From a virus (taxonomy: Duplodnaviria > Caudoviricetes), in IMG/VR virus record IMGVR_UViG_3300048060_000061, positions 1 through 64,000 of that record: DNA of 64,000 nt; one strand, written 5' to 3'. Under the pieces are notes generated by a model. That model was given only the letters and a program-made list of their open reading frames with translations, did not search any database and was not told where the DNA came from. Each line of letters opens with the position of its first letter. The first letter of the stretch is position 1. Below are positions 10,676 to 19,964 of the stretch, in pieces. Position numbers and translations under genes: made by a program.

Positions 10676-12190
10676 ATGTCTGAATTAAAACAGAATGTGT
10701 TTACGCAAGATTTAATCAAAACTATGTCTGCTGTGCAGGCACAAGAGTTAGCCAAAGCGCTAGGTCCACTTATTACAGGTGAGCGGCAAATAGCAAATCC
10801 AGCCGCGAATCTTCCGCACGGGATGGGACACTATCAGAATTATAAGGCTTCCGGCAACCCGGCAAGTGATGCGTATCTTTATGTCAATGGCGGCCTGTTT
10901 GGTCGTTGTGACAGTAGTCCAACACTCATTAACGCTCTTGTTGGCCCGATTGGTTTCGAAGCAGTTCTTGATTGGGTAGGTACAAATACCGAACACGAAT
11001 TTGTTGAGGCCGTAACTGGTGTTCCTGTAAGCGGTTCTGAATCGACTACACCCTGCGGCGACTGTCCAACGGTTGACCTGCAAGCCTGTGAACAGTTATA
11101 CTGTTTCGGTCGTTTCTGTCGGCAAACCCAGGAATTACAGTTCGACAGGATCGGGTTGCATGGCAATGGCCAAGTGCCAACCAAAATTCTATTCGGAAAC
11201 ATCGTTGATGCATCTGGTAATGTTCTGGCCCGTCAAGGTGATGCTGTTGAAAATATCTGGTGGGCTCAGTCTCGCCTGGCCGGCTATCACCTGGCATTGA
11301 AAAATTCTCAGTTGTTGTGGAATGGCGACCCGTGCAATAACAGTGGGTCATACCAAGAGTATAAAGGATTCCAGAACATTATAAACACCGGTAAATTCGA
11401 TGCTAAAACAGAGATTCCTTGTTCAGCGATGGACAGTTTTTTGATGAATATGAATTTCGCGAACTTTACCAGTGACGGCGCTAATGCTATACGTCGGTGG
11501 TTCAAACGGATGGTTGATCAGTTTGAGTTCCGCGCATCTCGCGCTGGCTTTGATTGGAATAGCGCCGAAATGCATATCGTGATGCACCCGAACATGTGGG
11601 ACTGCGTTGCGCGTGTTTACGCCTGCGCTGGAATTGATCTGTGTTCAATCTCTGCGAATAATAACCGCTTTACGGCCAACGCCGATCAAGCCCAAACGCG
11701 GCACGAAGAATTCATAACGCGCCGGGCGTTGCCGATTGGTGGCCGTTTTTATCCGGTTGTACTTGACAGTGAAATTCCCGACACAACTGGACAGGCTAAC
11801 GGTGTCTGTTCAGACATTTATTTTATCACTACCCGGATTTCAGGGCAGACTGTCACCTGGGGTCAGTACCAAGACTTCAACCAGACTTTCGGGTCAGTCC
11901 ATCGTGATTTGGTTAGTTTGTTTGGCTCCGATCACATCCATATTACGGACAATGGTCGCTTTGCGATGGTGTTTGATAATTCGCGTGGCTGCTTCGATGT
12001 CCAAATCTTGACCAAACCAAGGGTTATTTCATCTATGCCCTGGTTAAGCGGACGTATCCAAAATGTGTGCTGTGACATCTTACAGCAACCGTTCCCTGAT
12101 ACCAGCGGGACGAGTGGGGTCTACGAAGTTGACGGAGGCAGAAGTACGACTCCGATCCCCACACTTTATTCCGATTGTATAAACTGTTAG
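10676..12190 (+). CDS. Major capsid protein
   Basis: 504 aa after scaffold, strong RBS TAAGGAG, LLWNGD...YKGFQ and IVMHP segments typical of HK97-fold capsids. Confidence 0.75.
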   Translation: MSELKQNVFTQDLIKTMSAVQAQELAKALGPLITGERQIANPAANLPHGMGHYQNYKASGNPASDAYLYVNGGLFGRCDSSPTLINALVGPIGFEAVLDWVGTNTEHEFVEAVTGVPVSGSESTTPCGDCPTVDLQACEQLYCFGRFCRQTQELQFDRIGLHGNGQVPTKILFGNIVDASGNVLARQGDAVENIWWAQSRLAGYHLALKNSQLLWNGDPCNNSGSYQEYKGFQNIINTGKFDAKTEIPCSAMDSFLMNMNFANFTSDGANAIRRWFKRMVDQFEFRASRAGFDWNSAEMHIVMHPNMWDCVARVYACAGIDLCSISANNNRFTANADQAQTRHEEFITRRALPIGGRFYPVVLDSEIPDTTGQANGVCSDIYFITTRISGQTVTWGQYQDFNQTFGSVHRDLVSLFGSDHIHITDNGRFAMVFDNSRGCFDVQILTKPRVISSMPWLSGRIQNVCCDILQQPFPDTSGTSGVYEVDGGRSTTPIPTLYSDCINC

Positions 12191-12302
12191 GTGTAATATA
12201 ACACAAAATAGTGTAGGGCAATTTCAAAGTGTCGGAATTGCTTAAATAGGTATCCTCTGGTATAATGATAATAGTAAATCTTATATCAGAGGATATTTTT
12301 TT

Positions 12303-13250
12303 ATGAGCAAAGAAGTTTATATTTATGGATTGTATGATCCAGAAAGTAGGGAGTTAAGATATATAGGTAAGACAGTTAACCTTAATAACCGATTGTGGTA
12401 TCATCTTAGAGATGCCAAAGGAGGTCAAAGAACACACAAGGCAGCGTGGATAAGAAAATTATTGCGTCAAGGATTAGAGCCTATTATATCACCAATTTGG
12501 GAGACAACAGAAGAAGGATGGCAGGAAGATGAAAAAGCCTGTATTGCTCAGGCGTTAAGCGAAGGGGCTAATCTGACAAATTTAACAAAGGGTGGCGACG
12601 GGATTATAGGTTATAGCCATTCTGACGAGACTAAAGAAAAGATCAGAAAATACAATCTTGATTCTGGTAGAATCCCTCCTAATTGGAAAGGGCGAAAACA
12701 ATCACCTGAACATATCGCCAAGCGGGTTGAGACACGCCGAAAAAACGATACTTATGCACATACTGCTGAGACTAAAGAAAAAATAAGTGCCAATCGCAAG
12801 GGTAAGGCAATGGGCAATACTAATACTTTGGGTATGAAACATACTGATAAGTGGAAGAAGGCTCAAAGTAAAAGATCGTCAGGTGAGAATAATGCATTTT
12901 ATGGCAAGAAACATTCTGATGAAACTAAGAGAAAAATCAGTGCTGCTAAAAAGGGGACCAAGGCTTCAGAAGAAACCAAGGCAAAGTTAAGCGCAGCGCA
13001 GCAAAAGCGCATACGAGATAAGCAGGCAAAACATATAGCCCAAATCGCTATCCCTTACGATGAACTGATTACCATGTCGGATGATCCGCAGATAAACGAG
13101 ATACGCCGTCTATATGTGGAAGGAATGACCAAAAAAGAGATAACTGAGCATCTTGGTTATAAGAGTTATGGCGGCGGTAGGTTTTATACGAAGATGAGTA
13201 AAGCGATAAAGAGTATACCTATTACAGGGAAGGGGAATGATGAAACTTAA
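12303..13250 (+). CDS. GIY-YIG homing endonuclease with NUMOD3 repeats
   Basis: VYIYGL...RYIGKT, NLTKGGDG, repeated HSDETKEKI/HTAETKEKI/HSDETKRKI. Confidence 0.9.
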   Translation: MSKEVYIYGLYDPESRELRYIGKTVNLNNRLWYHLRDAKGGQRTHKAAWIRKLLRQGLEPIISPIWETTEEGWQEDEKACIAQALSEGANLTNLTKGGDGIIGYSHSDETKEKIRKYNLDSGRIPPNWKGRKQSPEHIAKRVETRRKNDTYAHTAETKEKISANRKGKAMGNTNTLGMKHTDKWKKAQSKRSSGENNAFYGKKHSDETKRKISAAKKGTKASEETKAKLSAAQQKRIRDKQAKHIAQIAIPYDELITMSDDPQINEIRRLYVEGMTKKEITEHLGYKSYGGGRFYTKMSKAIKSIPITGKGNDET

Positions 13251-13809
13251 AACGCAAAAACAGATAAAAACTAAAGATGATATTTTTGAATTAGGCATTA
13301 TTGATTTCAACCGACTTAATGGGGTTTTTCAAAATCCAAATGATGCCTTGAATACTATATTTAGCTGGTACGAATTAGGTGCAATTGTATCGATAATTGA
13401 TTGCTCTGATATCTGGGGGGAAGTCAAGACACGTAATGACTTTCCAGGATGGAAACATGTTGGAACCCATGTAGAAGTGGGAAAAAAATATTGGGACTTT
13501 TTTTGGGCAAATTTTGAAGGTTTAGAGAATACATGGCTACAATTTTCTGATAGTCCAGACTTTCAAGGGGCTATTGAAGGAAAAACGTTTTGGGGTGATA
13601 TAGGTCAAGTTTCTGCAAGCGCTTTTGCTATATCTCAAAAGCAAATGGATAAAGGTTCATTATGGATAACTATAATAGATAATGGCAATACACATGTATT
13701 GATTGAATCACTGGTTAATATAGTAGATATATTTGGTAATATGTGTTTTGGAGAAGATAAGCCCATACGGTATTCATATCAATTATCTATGTTCGGAGAT
13801 ATAGAATGA
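13237..13809 (+). CDS. Hypothetical protein
   Basis: 190-aa ORF coupled to both neighbours; no recognised motif. Confidence 0.5.
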   Translation: MMKLKTQKQIKTKDDIFELGIIDFNRLNGVFQNPNDALNTIFSWYELGAIVSIIDCSDIWGEVKTRNDFPGWKHVGTHVEVGKKYWDFFWANFEGLENTWLQFSDSPDFQGAIEGKTFWGDIGQVSASAFAISQKQMDKGSLWITIIDNGNTHVLIESLVNIVDIFGNMCFGEDKPIRYSYQLSMFGDIE

Positions 13810-14639
13810 CCCCTTACTATGACCACAACGGGATCGCCATCTATTTGGGAGATTGCCTGGAGATTATGCCTCAGTTGGGCTTGGTAGATATGGTTTTTAC
13901 TGATCCACCTTATGGTCATAATAATAACAATAATGGTGATTTAATATCTCGCCGGGAAGCTGCTTTAGGTACAGGGGATTATATAGCGGAAAGAGATGAT
14001 AGGCCGATTAAAAATGATGGTATTGAAGCTAATAAACTATTCAAGGATTTTCTGAATGGGGCAAAAAAGCTATTAAAACCTGGCGCTTGTTGTTGTTGTG
14101 GTGGTGGTGGTGGCCCTGATCCGCAATTTGCAAGATGGTCTTTATGGATAGATGAAATGTTAGAATTCAAGCAAATGATAGTTTGGGATAAAGGACCTAT
14201 AGGAATGGGCTGGCATTATCGCCGTAGCTATGAGACTGTTTTGGTAGGACAAAAACCAGGAGCAAAATGCTATTGGTTTGATAATAGTAAAACCATAGAA
14301 AATATTATTCGACCAGGAAACGGTATAGCCAAGATTATACCTAATAAAGAGCAACATCCTACCCAAAAGCCTGTGGAATTAGCCTCTTATTTTATCAGGC
14401 TTCATACACAAAAAGGAATGATTGTCCTTGATCCGTTTATGGGTTCCGGCACAACCCTAGTTGCCGCCCAAAACGAAGGCCGCCGAGCAGTCGGTATAGA
14501 ACTCTCCGAAGAATATGTAAAAATGGCTATAGACCGCCTTCGCCAACCCAGCTTCTTCTCAATCCCCAACAGTCCCAAGGTGAAAGCAGCGATAGAACAG
14601 CCAACCCTCTTTGACACCGACCAAGGCGGTGACGAATGA
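13806..14639 (+). CDS. DNA N6-adenine/N4-cytosine methyltransferase (beta class)
   Basis: GDCLE, TDPPY, HPTQKP, DPFMGSGTT, GIELS in beta-class order. Confidence 0.9.
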   Translation: MTPYYDHNGIAIYLGDCLEIMPQLGLVDMVFTDPPYGHNNNNNGDLISRREAALGTGDYIAERDDRPIKNDGIEANKLFKDFLNGAKKLLKPGACCCCGGGGGPDPQFARWSLWIDEMLEFKQMIVWDKGPIGMGWHYRRSYETVLVGQKPGAKCYWFDNSKTIENIIRPGNGIAKIIPNKEQHPTQKPVELASYFIRLHTQKGMIVLDPFMGSGTTLVAAQNEGRRAVGIELSEEYVKMAIDRLRQPSFFSIPNSPKVKAAIEQPTLFDTDQGGDE

Positions 14640-14696
14640 ACGATCTTCCTTTAAATAATATTGAAGTATGTTTTGTTGACTGGTTTGTAAAATTCA

Positions 14697-15137
14697 TTGA
14701 AAACACTTAGAATATTATTTAAAAGAAAGGGCAGAGGCTCTACTATGGCAAAAAGACCATTTTTTCTTTACGATGATGATTTTATTACACAGCAAGATTT
14801 GCAAGACAGACTGTCAGACCTCGAAAATTCTCTTTGCCATAAAATGAATGAACTTCGTGACAGATTTTTTATAAAAATCACTTCCCTAGAAGAAGAAAAC
14901 AAAATATTCAAGAAGCGTATTCATAGCCTTGAAAATATTATCGAACCTGATGAAACAGATGTCTATAACATCAACAGACGACTTGAATTATTAGCGCAAA
15001 AAATTGCAAACTTGGAGAGTAAGCAGAATAAACGATGGCAGAGAATGTCTTCCAAACCTGATGTAATCGTTCTTTTCGTAATTGCAGCCATTATAATATT
15101 AGGAAGGATAGCTTTTCTTTGGCTTGGGATATCATAG
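14697..15137 (+). CDS. Coiled-coil protein with C-terminal TM anchor
   Basis: Heptad pattern followed by VIVLFVIAAIIILG. Confidence 0.5.
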   Translation: MKTLRILFKRKGRGSTMAKRPFFLYDDDFITQQDLQDRLSDLENSLCHKMNELRDRFFIKITSLEEENKIFKKRIHSLENIIEPDETDVYNINRRLELLAQKIANLESKQNKRWQRMSSKPDVIVLFVIAAIIILGRIAFLWLGIS

Positions 15138-15786
15138 GATTTGTAATCAAAATGGAAATAAGTATTAAGTCAGAAAAGTTCAGAGGTGACGAATGAAAAT
15201 AAAACCCCGGCCCGAAAAGAATTTCACAGATTTTGATGATTGGTTAAAATCGCACAGAAAAAGAGATGAAAATGTAATAAAAGGCGAAAAAATACGTGAA
15301 GAAATACGTGAAGAAATCAAAGATAAACTCTCTCGACATTTTGGAGAGACGGAAGATCAAACTTGGTGTAAGTGTGACACTTGCACCTTAATAAGACTAA
15401 AAGCAGAAGGTGAAGGTACAATTAACAGCTTGGCACTTATTGGACTTCAGTTTTTACTTGGTCAGAATTTTAATGGAGCGGCGGCACTATATTATCACAC
15501 ATTCTATAAGGAAAGACAAGGTGATATAGACCAAGGTGGTGACGAATGACCCCTTTCGAAATATGGCAACAATCAGAGTGCGATATTCTTGGCATCACGA
15601 TAGACGAACATAACAAAATGATCGAAATAGCCAGTCAGATGGAGGCCGTAGGTTTCCCTGATGCGTATGACAAAATGAAATCTGCAACGAATGTGTTTTC
15701 ACCAAATAAATCTGTAAAGCAAGCCGGCCACGCCTGCTCTGCGAGGCAAAAAATACGGCAGACGTAACGCCTCCTAACTAGATATA

Positions 15787-15822
15787 GGGGCGGCCCATAT
15801 TAACTTGGCCGCCCCGCTTTTA
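15787..15822. terminator. Intrinsic terminator between converging units
   Basis: GGGGCGGCC...GGCCGCCCC hairpin followed by TTTT. Confidence 0.7.
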
Positions 15823-15854
15823 TTTGACACATAATTATTTTGCAGTACACTAAT

Positions 15855-15979
15855 CGGTCCACCCCCACGCCTGTGGGGAAAACTGGTAAAGCTAAGATGT
15901 CAGGTGGTCTAACAACGGTCCACCCCCACGCTTGTGGGGAAAACGAAAGCTGCCATCTGTTCGGTCCACTCCCATACGC
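15855..15979 (-). CRISPR. Mini-array 1 (type I-E-like repeat) downstream of tnpB
   Basis: Two 29-nt repeats GTTTTCCCCACA(A/G)GCGTGGGGGTGGACCG (15855-15883, 15916-15944), a 32-nt spacer, and a half-repeat (15962-15979) with a 17-nt spacer. Confidence 0.9.
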
Positions 15980-16070
15980 TATAATATTAAATTGTGAAGG
16001 TTTCGCTGTCAACCGAGCCAATGCAAGAAGGTTATCGACAGCGCAGTCACCCGCGAACCTACGGGCGATT
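15962..16070 (-). ncRNA. omegaRNA/tracr-like scaffold copy 1, overlapping the tnpB stop codon
   Basis: Homologous to 17804-17924 and 23670-23790 with compensatory stem changes; overlap with the tnpB 3' end is typical of omegaRNA. Confidence 0.8.
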
Positions 16071-17333
16071 ATAATCAGGATTTACGAAAAGTCGTATCCC
16101 CTCGTTTCTCAGGTTAATAGCTGCGTTCAGATCACGTTCATTCTGTTGTCCGCAGCCTTCGCAAGTCCATATCCTGTCACTCAAAGTTAGGTCAAGTTTT
16201 TTTTCTCCACATCCTGAACACAACTTAGATGAGGGGAACCACTGATCTACTATACCAATAGTACCATTATAAAAATCAGCTTTATATTCAAATTGCCGTT
16301 TCATTTCGTAAAAGCCAGCATCAGAAATAGCTTTGGCTAATTTATGGTTTTTTAGCATCCCGCCAACATTTAAGTCTTCGAGAATGATAAGGCCATAATT
16401 CTTTGTGACGTTTGCTGTCAATTGATGTTGAGCGTTGCGCCGTAGATTTTTAATCCTGGTATGTAGATTTTTAATTTTGTGCTCAGTTCGTAGCATCTGG
16501 TTAGACTGATTTTTCGGACGTTTGCCTTTTTTCACTGTGCCATCTTCATTGTAGCATCCTGGATTATTAGACCGGCGTTGTCGGTCTAATTTCCGTTGCA
16601 ATCGCCTTAACTGAGCCTGTGCTTTATAATATGCTTTAGGATTTTCAATAGTTTCGCTATCGCTAGTAACGGCAAGATATTTAATCCCCAAGTCGACTCC
16701 TACGATTTCAGAACTTGGAATAATATCAGGCTTTTCAAACTTAACCTGAATTGAGGCCCAAAACCATTGACCGTCATAAGAGAAGGTAGCGTTCATTATC
16801 TTGCCCTGAAAACGCAATTCTTCGCACATTCTGATATAACCAACTTTGGTATTATAGCGAATATGTTGACCGTCTAATTTCAGACAGATATTAGTAGCCC
16901 GGAAGCTATTATGGTTTCGTTTGCTGCGCCAATTTAACCAGCCTGATTGACGGTAATCCTTGCGAGGTTTGTCATTATGACTATTGATTTTGACCTTACC
17001 CTTACGAATGTCAAAGTATCGTTGCAATCCCTTTTGCAAGTCACCAAAAGCCTCTTGAGTAGCACTGGCAGTTTTATCCTTCACCCAATCTGGTTTAATT
17101 TTATTGTACAGGGCTTTGAGGCTCTTTTGCTCGGTCACTTTATCATTAACAGTAATTGATGTGAATTTGTAATTTTCACCAGTTTCACGATAGGTTATTC
17201 GGTTTAGATCATACTCAAAATCGAGTATCTCTTTGCCGAAATTCCAGGCATTACGGGCGGCTGCAAAGGCCCTCATTAGGTGTTGCTTTTGCTTTTCGGT
17301 TGGTCTAAGTCTAATTTTGTGTGATCTTATCAT
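16059..17333 (-). CDS. tnpB: TnpB-family RNA-guided nuclease, CRISPR-flanked, no transposase partner
   Basis: N-terminal HKIRLRPT...ARNAWN; RuvC I GVDLG, RuvC II LEDL, Zn finger CSGC/CEGC, Ruv[13 protein letters not shown]. Confidence 0.92.
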   Translation of the reverse strand: MIRSHKIRLRPTEKQKQHLMRAFAAARNAWNFGKEILDFEYDLNRITYRETGENYKFTSITVNDKVTEQKSLKALYNKIKPDWVKDKTASATQEAFGDLQKGLQRYFDIRKGKVKINSHNDKPRKDYRQSGWLNWRSKRNHNSFRATNICLKLDGQHIRYNTKVGYIRMCEELRFQGKIMNATFSYDGQWFWASIQVKFEKPDIIPSSEIVGVDLGIKYLAVTSDSETIENPKAYYKAQAQLRRLQRKLDRQRRSNNPGCYNEDGTVKKGKRPKNQSNQMLRTEHKIKNLHTRIKNLRRNAQHQLTANVTKNYGLIILEDLNVGGMLKNHKLAKAISDAGFYEMKRQFEYKADFYNGTIGIVDQWFPSSKLCSGCGEKKLDLTLSDRIWTCEGCGQQNERDLNAAINLRNEGIRLFVNPDYNRP

Positions 17334-17369
17334 TTTATTAGAATGTAAAGTAATTTCAGTCGGTTTATT

Positions 17370-17803
17370 CGGTCCACTCCTACGCTTGTAAGAAAAACGG
17401 ACAAACTTGTGTTTTAAGAAAAGGGCGGTCCACCCTCACGCTTGTGGGGAAAACCGTTACGCCTATTGCTACCACAGATGCCACTCCGGTCCACCCCCAC
17501 GCTTGTGGGGAAAACCCAAACACAGCGCAAGCTGCCACAAGTTGATCCGGTCCACCCCCACGCCTGTGGGGAAAACAAACATTATGACGGTCCACCCCCA
17601 CGCTTGTGGGGAAAACTCATCACAACGTTTGCAATCGGTCATATCGCACCGGTCCACCCCCACGCTTGTGGGGAAAACGTTGCCCTGAGATTTGTTGTTT
17701 TGAATAGGCGTACGGTCCACCCCCACGCTTGTGGGGAAAACTCATCACAACGTTTGCAATCGGTCATATCGCACCGGTCCACCCCCACGCTTGTGGGGAA
17801 AAC
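17370..17803 (-). CRISPR. Mini-array 2 (8 repeats, 7 spacers) upstream of tnpB
   Basis: Repeats start at 17370 (degenerate), 17426, 17487, 17548, 17588, 17650, 17713, 17775; spacers 27, 32, 32, 11, 33, 34, 33 nt. Confidence 0.97.
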
Positions 17804-17924
17804 ACTACTAACGTGTAACATTCACCCACACGCTATAATATTAAATTGTGAAGGTTTGACAGACAACCAAGCCAACGCTCTAGGGTTCACGTCTGTCCAG
17901 TCACCGGCGGACCTGCCGGCGATT
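17804..17924 (-). ncRNA. Scaffold copy 2 / array leader
   Basis: Hairpin CGCCGGC-AGGTCC-GCCGGTG, stem GACAGAC..AACC/GGTT..GTCTGTC, anti-repeat ACCTTCAC. Confidence 0.8.
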
Positions 17925-18063
17925 TGTTTTCTAATTCCAATCGGTTTAACTCAGCAACGACCAGCCGGTGAACTATTAACACCTGCGGTTCCTTGGTGAG
18001 TTTTTTGATTTGTCTGATTACTTCTAGGGTATCAACCCATAATTTTGTTGATTCTCGATCCAT
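17887..18063 (-). CDS. Small ribbon-helix-helix-like regulator (58 aa, not in ORF track)
   Basis: MDRESTKLWVDTLEVIRQIKKLTKEPQVLIVHRLVVAELNRLELE...: strand-helix-helix pattern; follows promoter at 18095-18122. Confidence 0.6.
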   Translation of the reverse strand: MDRESTKLWVDTLEVIRQIKKLTKEPQVLIVHRLVVAELNRLELENKSPAGPPVTGQT

Positions 18064-18094
18064 AAATCATATTTATCACAAACTGTTTTCTGCC

Positions 18095-18122
18095 ATTGTA
18101 CCACTTTTGTACCCTTTGTCAA
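18095..18122 (-). promoter_or_regulatory. Promoter of the RHH-scaffold-array-tnpB unit
   Basis: TTGACA-16-TACAAT with TGn extension; contains GGTACAA twice. Confidence 0.65.
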
Positions 18123-18207
18123 ACTTAGAGATGTTTAAAGAATTAGTACAGGCAGCCTATGTTATGGTATAATATTAGCAGTTATATCTGGTTTCTCCTT
18201 TTATCGG

Positions 18208-18244
18208 AAAGACCGCCCGGTGTTTTAACCGGGCGGTCTTTTTA
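18208..18244. terminator. Bidirectional terminator after Ro60
   Basis: AAAGACCGCCCGG-loop-CCGGGCGGTCTTT. Confidence 0.8.
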
Positions 18245-18288
18245 TATTAATGGTAAGACTATCTCAACTGACATTTTAGCGACGATTA

Positions 18289-19890
18289 CTATTCTATCCT
18301 GTCAGCCTTTACAAAATCGCTTATCACTTGCGGCGTAGATGTATCAAACCCTATAACATCCAGCATACCACTATCTTCAGGGTCAGCAACACTAAATCCA
18401 CTGGGAGTCATCCCCACTACAACAAGCTTGGATGGAATTTCCATTTGATGGCGATATTGTTGCAGCGCTTGTACAGGATGGATATTACCAGCCCAGGTTT
18501 CATTATCCGTATAGACAATAAAAGTATCTATTTCAATTCCGTTTTGTAGCGCATACAACATTGGTAAAGCGCAATCGGTCCGCCCCCACGGAATATCATA
18601 TATCTGTTGGATAACATCATCTAATCGTTGTCGGGCGGATAAAGTGACCGGGATCATTTGATGACTAAAAGCCGTAATTATATGATGTGGTTCCATTCTG
18701 GCTGTAATCATAGCCATTGCTCCAGTAGCTTCGCGAGGTGTAATAGGCATCCCGGCGATAGTATTCCAACTCATTGAAGCCGAAACATCAAGAGCTAGCA
18801 TTGTCCGTTTATTAGTTATTTCGGTATTACCAAATGACAAATAGAAAGCCTCATCTAATGCGTTAATAATTTCAGTAATCGGTGACCAAGATAATCTGCC
18901 TTTCATTCCGTGACCCTGGGCGTAAATTTTTAGAGCTACCAAGATAGCCAAGGGATGAAGTCGCGACTTTTTGATATAGGCTTGATCAGTTAATTTACCG
19001 ATAATAAGGCTTGTTTCGTTCCCCATCGGTTTTAATAATCCCACCCGTGTCATTTTCCCTAAGTTTCGTATTAACGCCGTAAGAGGCATTTTTTGTAGAA
19101 GGGCGCTCCAAATGGCAGGCTCGTTAAGCCATTTGGTCGGGATCATTTCGCGAGTAAGACCTTCATCTAAAATAAGGGAAACTATAGCCAATTTGTTTGT
19201 GGCAACCTTGGCATGCTCAAAGGCGGCAATTAAATCTATATCGCCATATTTTGCTTCTGGGTTACCGACAATCCATTTATATAGGTCATTTCGCATATCT
19301 GCGTCCTTAGAATTATCCGGTATTGGATGGCTGAGGCGTAAAGCATCTCGATGACTCCATCCGTCGCGTTGCTGGTACTTAATTACTTGATAGGCCAGTT
19401 TATCGACAGGCATATAATTGTACCAATTAGCTACAGCCCGGCGTAAGCCTCGTCCCCAACCCCGAAAGCCCTCAACGTATTCAAGGAAATGGAAAAGGTG
19501 AGTACCAATGCGGGCCACTTGCGGAAGTACATCAAAGGCCGCCCGGCGCGTTTCAATATCTCCTATTCCAGCACATATAGCTAACGTAAACAAAGCTGGA
19601 TCGTTCTTGGGCGCTCGACCACCTTTACTGACTTCAACGACTTTAGCAACAACTTGTGGACCGTTATTTTTGATACAGCGTACCACTGCCTGCGCGTTAT
19701 CAATTGTTAATTTTCGTTCATTGGCATAGTAGGTCCCCCCCTCAGATCCCAGGACAAGAAAACGGTCCAGGCGTATCCAGTCATCGACTGCAAAGACATA
19801 CCCCCCGGCCGAATTTTTGACCATTTGTTTATCTGGAATTGCTTGGGTTTGTGGAGTTTGTCTGATTGAAAAATGCTGTCTGTATTTCAT
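18289..19890 (-). CDS. rsr: Ro60 / TROVE-vWA RNA-binding protein
   Basis: NSAGGYVF, RFLVLGSEGGTYY, GWGRGLRRAV, KYQQRDGWSHRD, MPLTALIRNLGKMT, vWA DVSASM, YTDNET, GFD; start placed at ATG 19890 after GGAG RBS. Confidence 0.95.
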   Translation of the reverse strand: MKYRQHFSIRQTPQTQAIPDKQMVKNSAGGYVFAVDDWIRLDRFLVLGSEGGTYYANERKLTIDNAQAVVRCIKNNGPQVVAKVVEVSKGGRAPKNDPALFTLAICAGIGDIETRRAAFDVLPQVARIGTHLFHFLEYVEGFRGWGRGLRRAVANWYNYMPVDKLAYQVIKYQQRDGWSHRDALRLSHPIPDNSKDADMRNDLYKWIVGNPEAKYGDIDLIAAFEHAKVATNKLAIVSLILDEGLTREMIPTKWLNEPAIWSALLQKMPLTALIRNLGKMTRVGLLKPMGNETSLIIGKLTDQAYIKKSRLHPLAILVALKIYAQGHGMKGRLSWSPITEIINALDEAFYLSFGNTEITNKRTMLALDVSASMSWNTIAGMPITPREATGAMAMITARMEPHHIITAFSHQMIPVTLSARQRLDDVIQQIYDIPWGRTDCALPMLYALQNGIEIDTFIVYTDNETWAGNIHPVQALQQYRHQMEIPSKLVVVGMTPSGFSVADPEDSGMLDVIGFDTSTPQVISDFVKADRIE

Positions 19891-19926
19891 AAATATCTCC
19901 TCTGGATAGTAATAAATTTGAACAAC

Positions 19927-19958
19927 AAAAAGAAGCCGGGAAATCCCGGCTTCTTTTT
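19927..19958. terminator. Bidirectional hairpin between Y RNAs and Ro60
   Basis: AAAAAGAAGCCGGG-AAAT-CCCGGCTTCTTTTT. Confidence 0.75.
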
Positions 19959-19964
19959 GTAATA

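Noticed and set aside
12191-13250. Group I intron hosting the GIY-YIG gene
   Set aside because: The capsid ORF ends normally, and no split exon or intron core was recognisable
14088-14114. TGT/GGT triplet run in the methyltransferase as a phase-variation tract
   Set aside because: Triplet units cannot shift the frame; the run encodes CCCCGGGGG in frame
16059-17333. Active IS200/IS605 or IS607 element
   Set aside because: No Y1 or serine transposase nearby and no recognisable left end; the flanks are arrays, and the same holds for 53470-54849
15800-17999. Short ORFs 15800, 15840 and 17380-17999 (also 23765, 23783, 53078, 53213)
   Set aside because: They are translations of CRISPR repeats (recurring [25 protein letters not shown]), not genes
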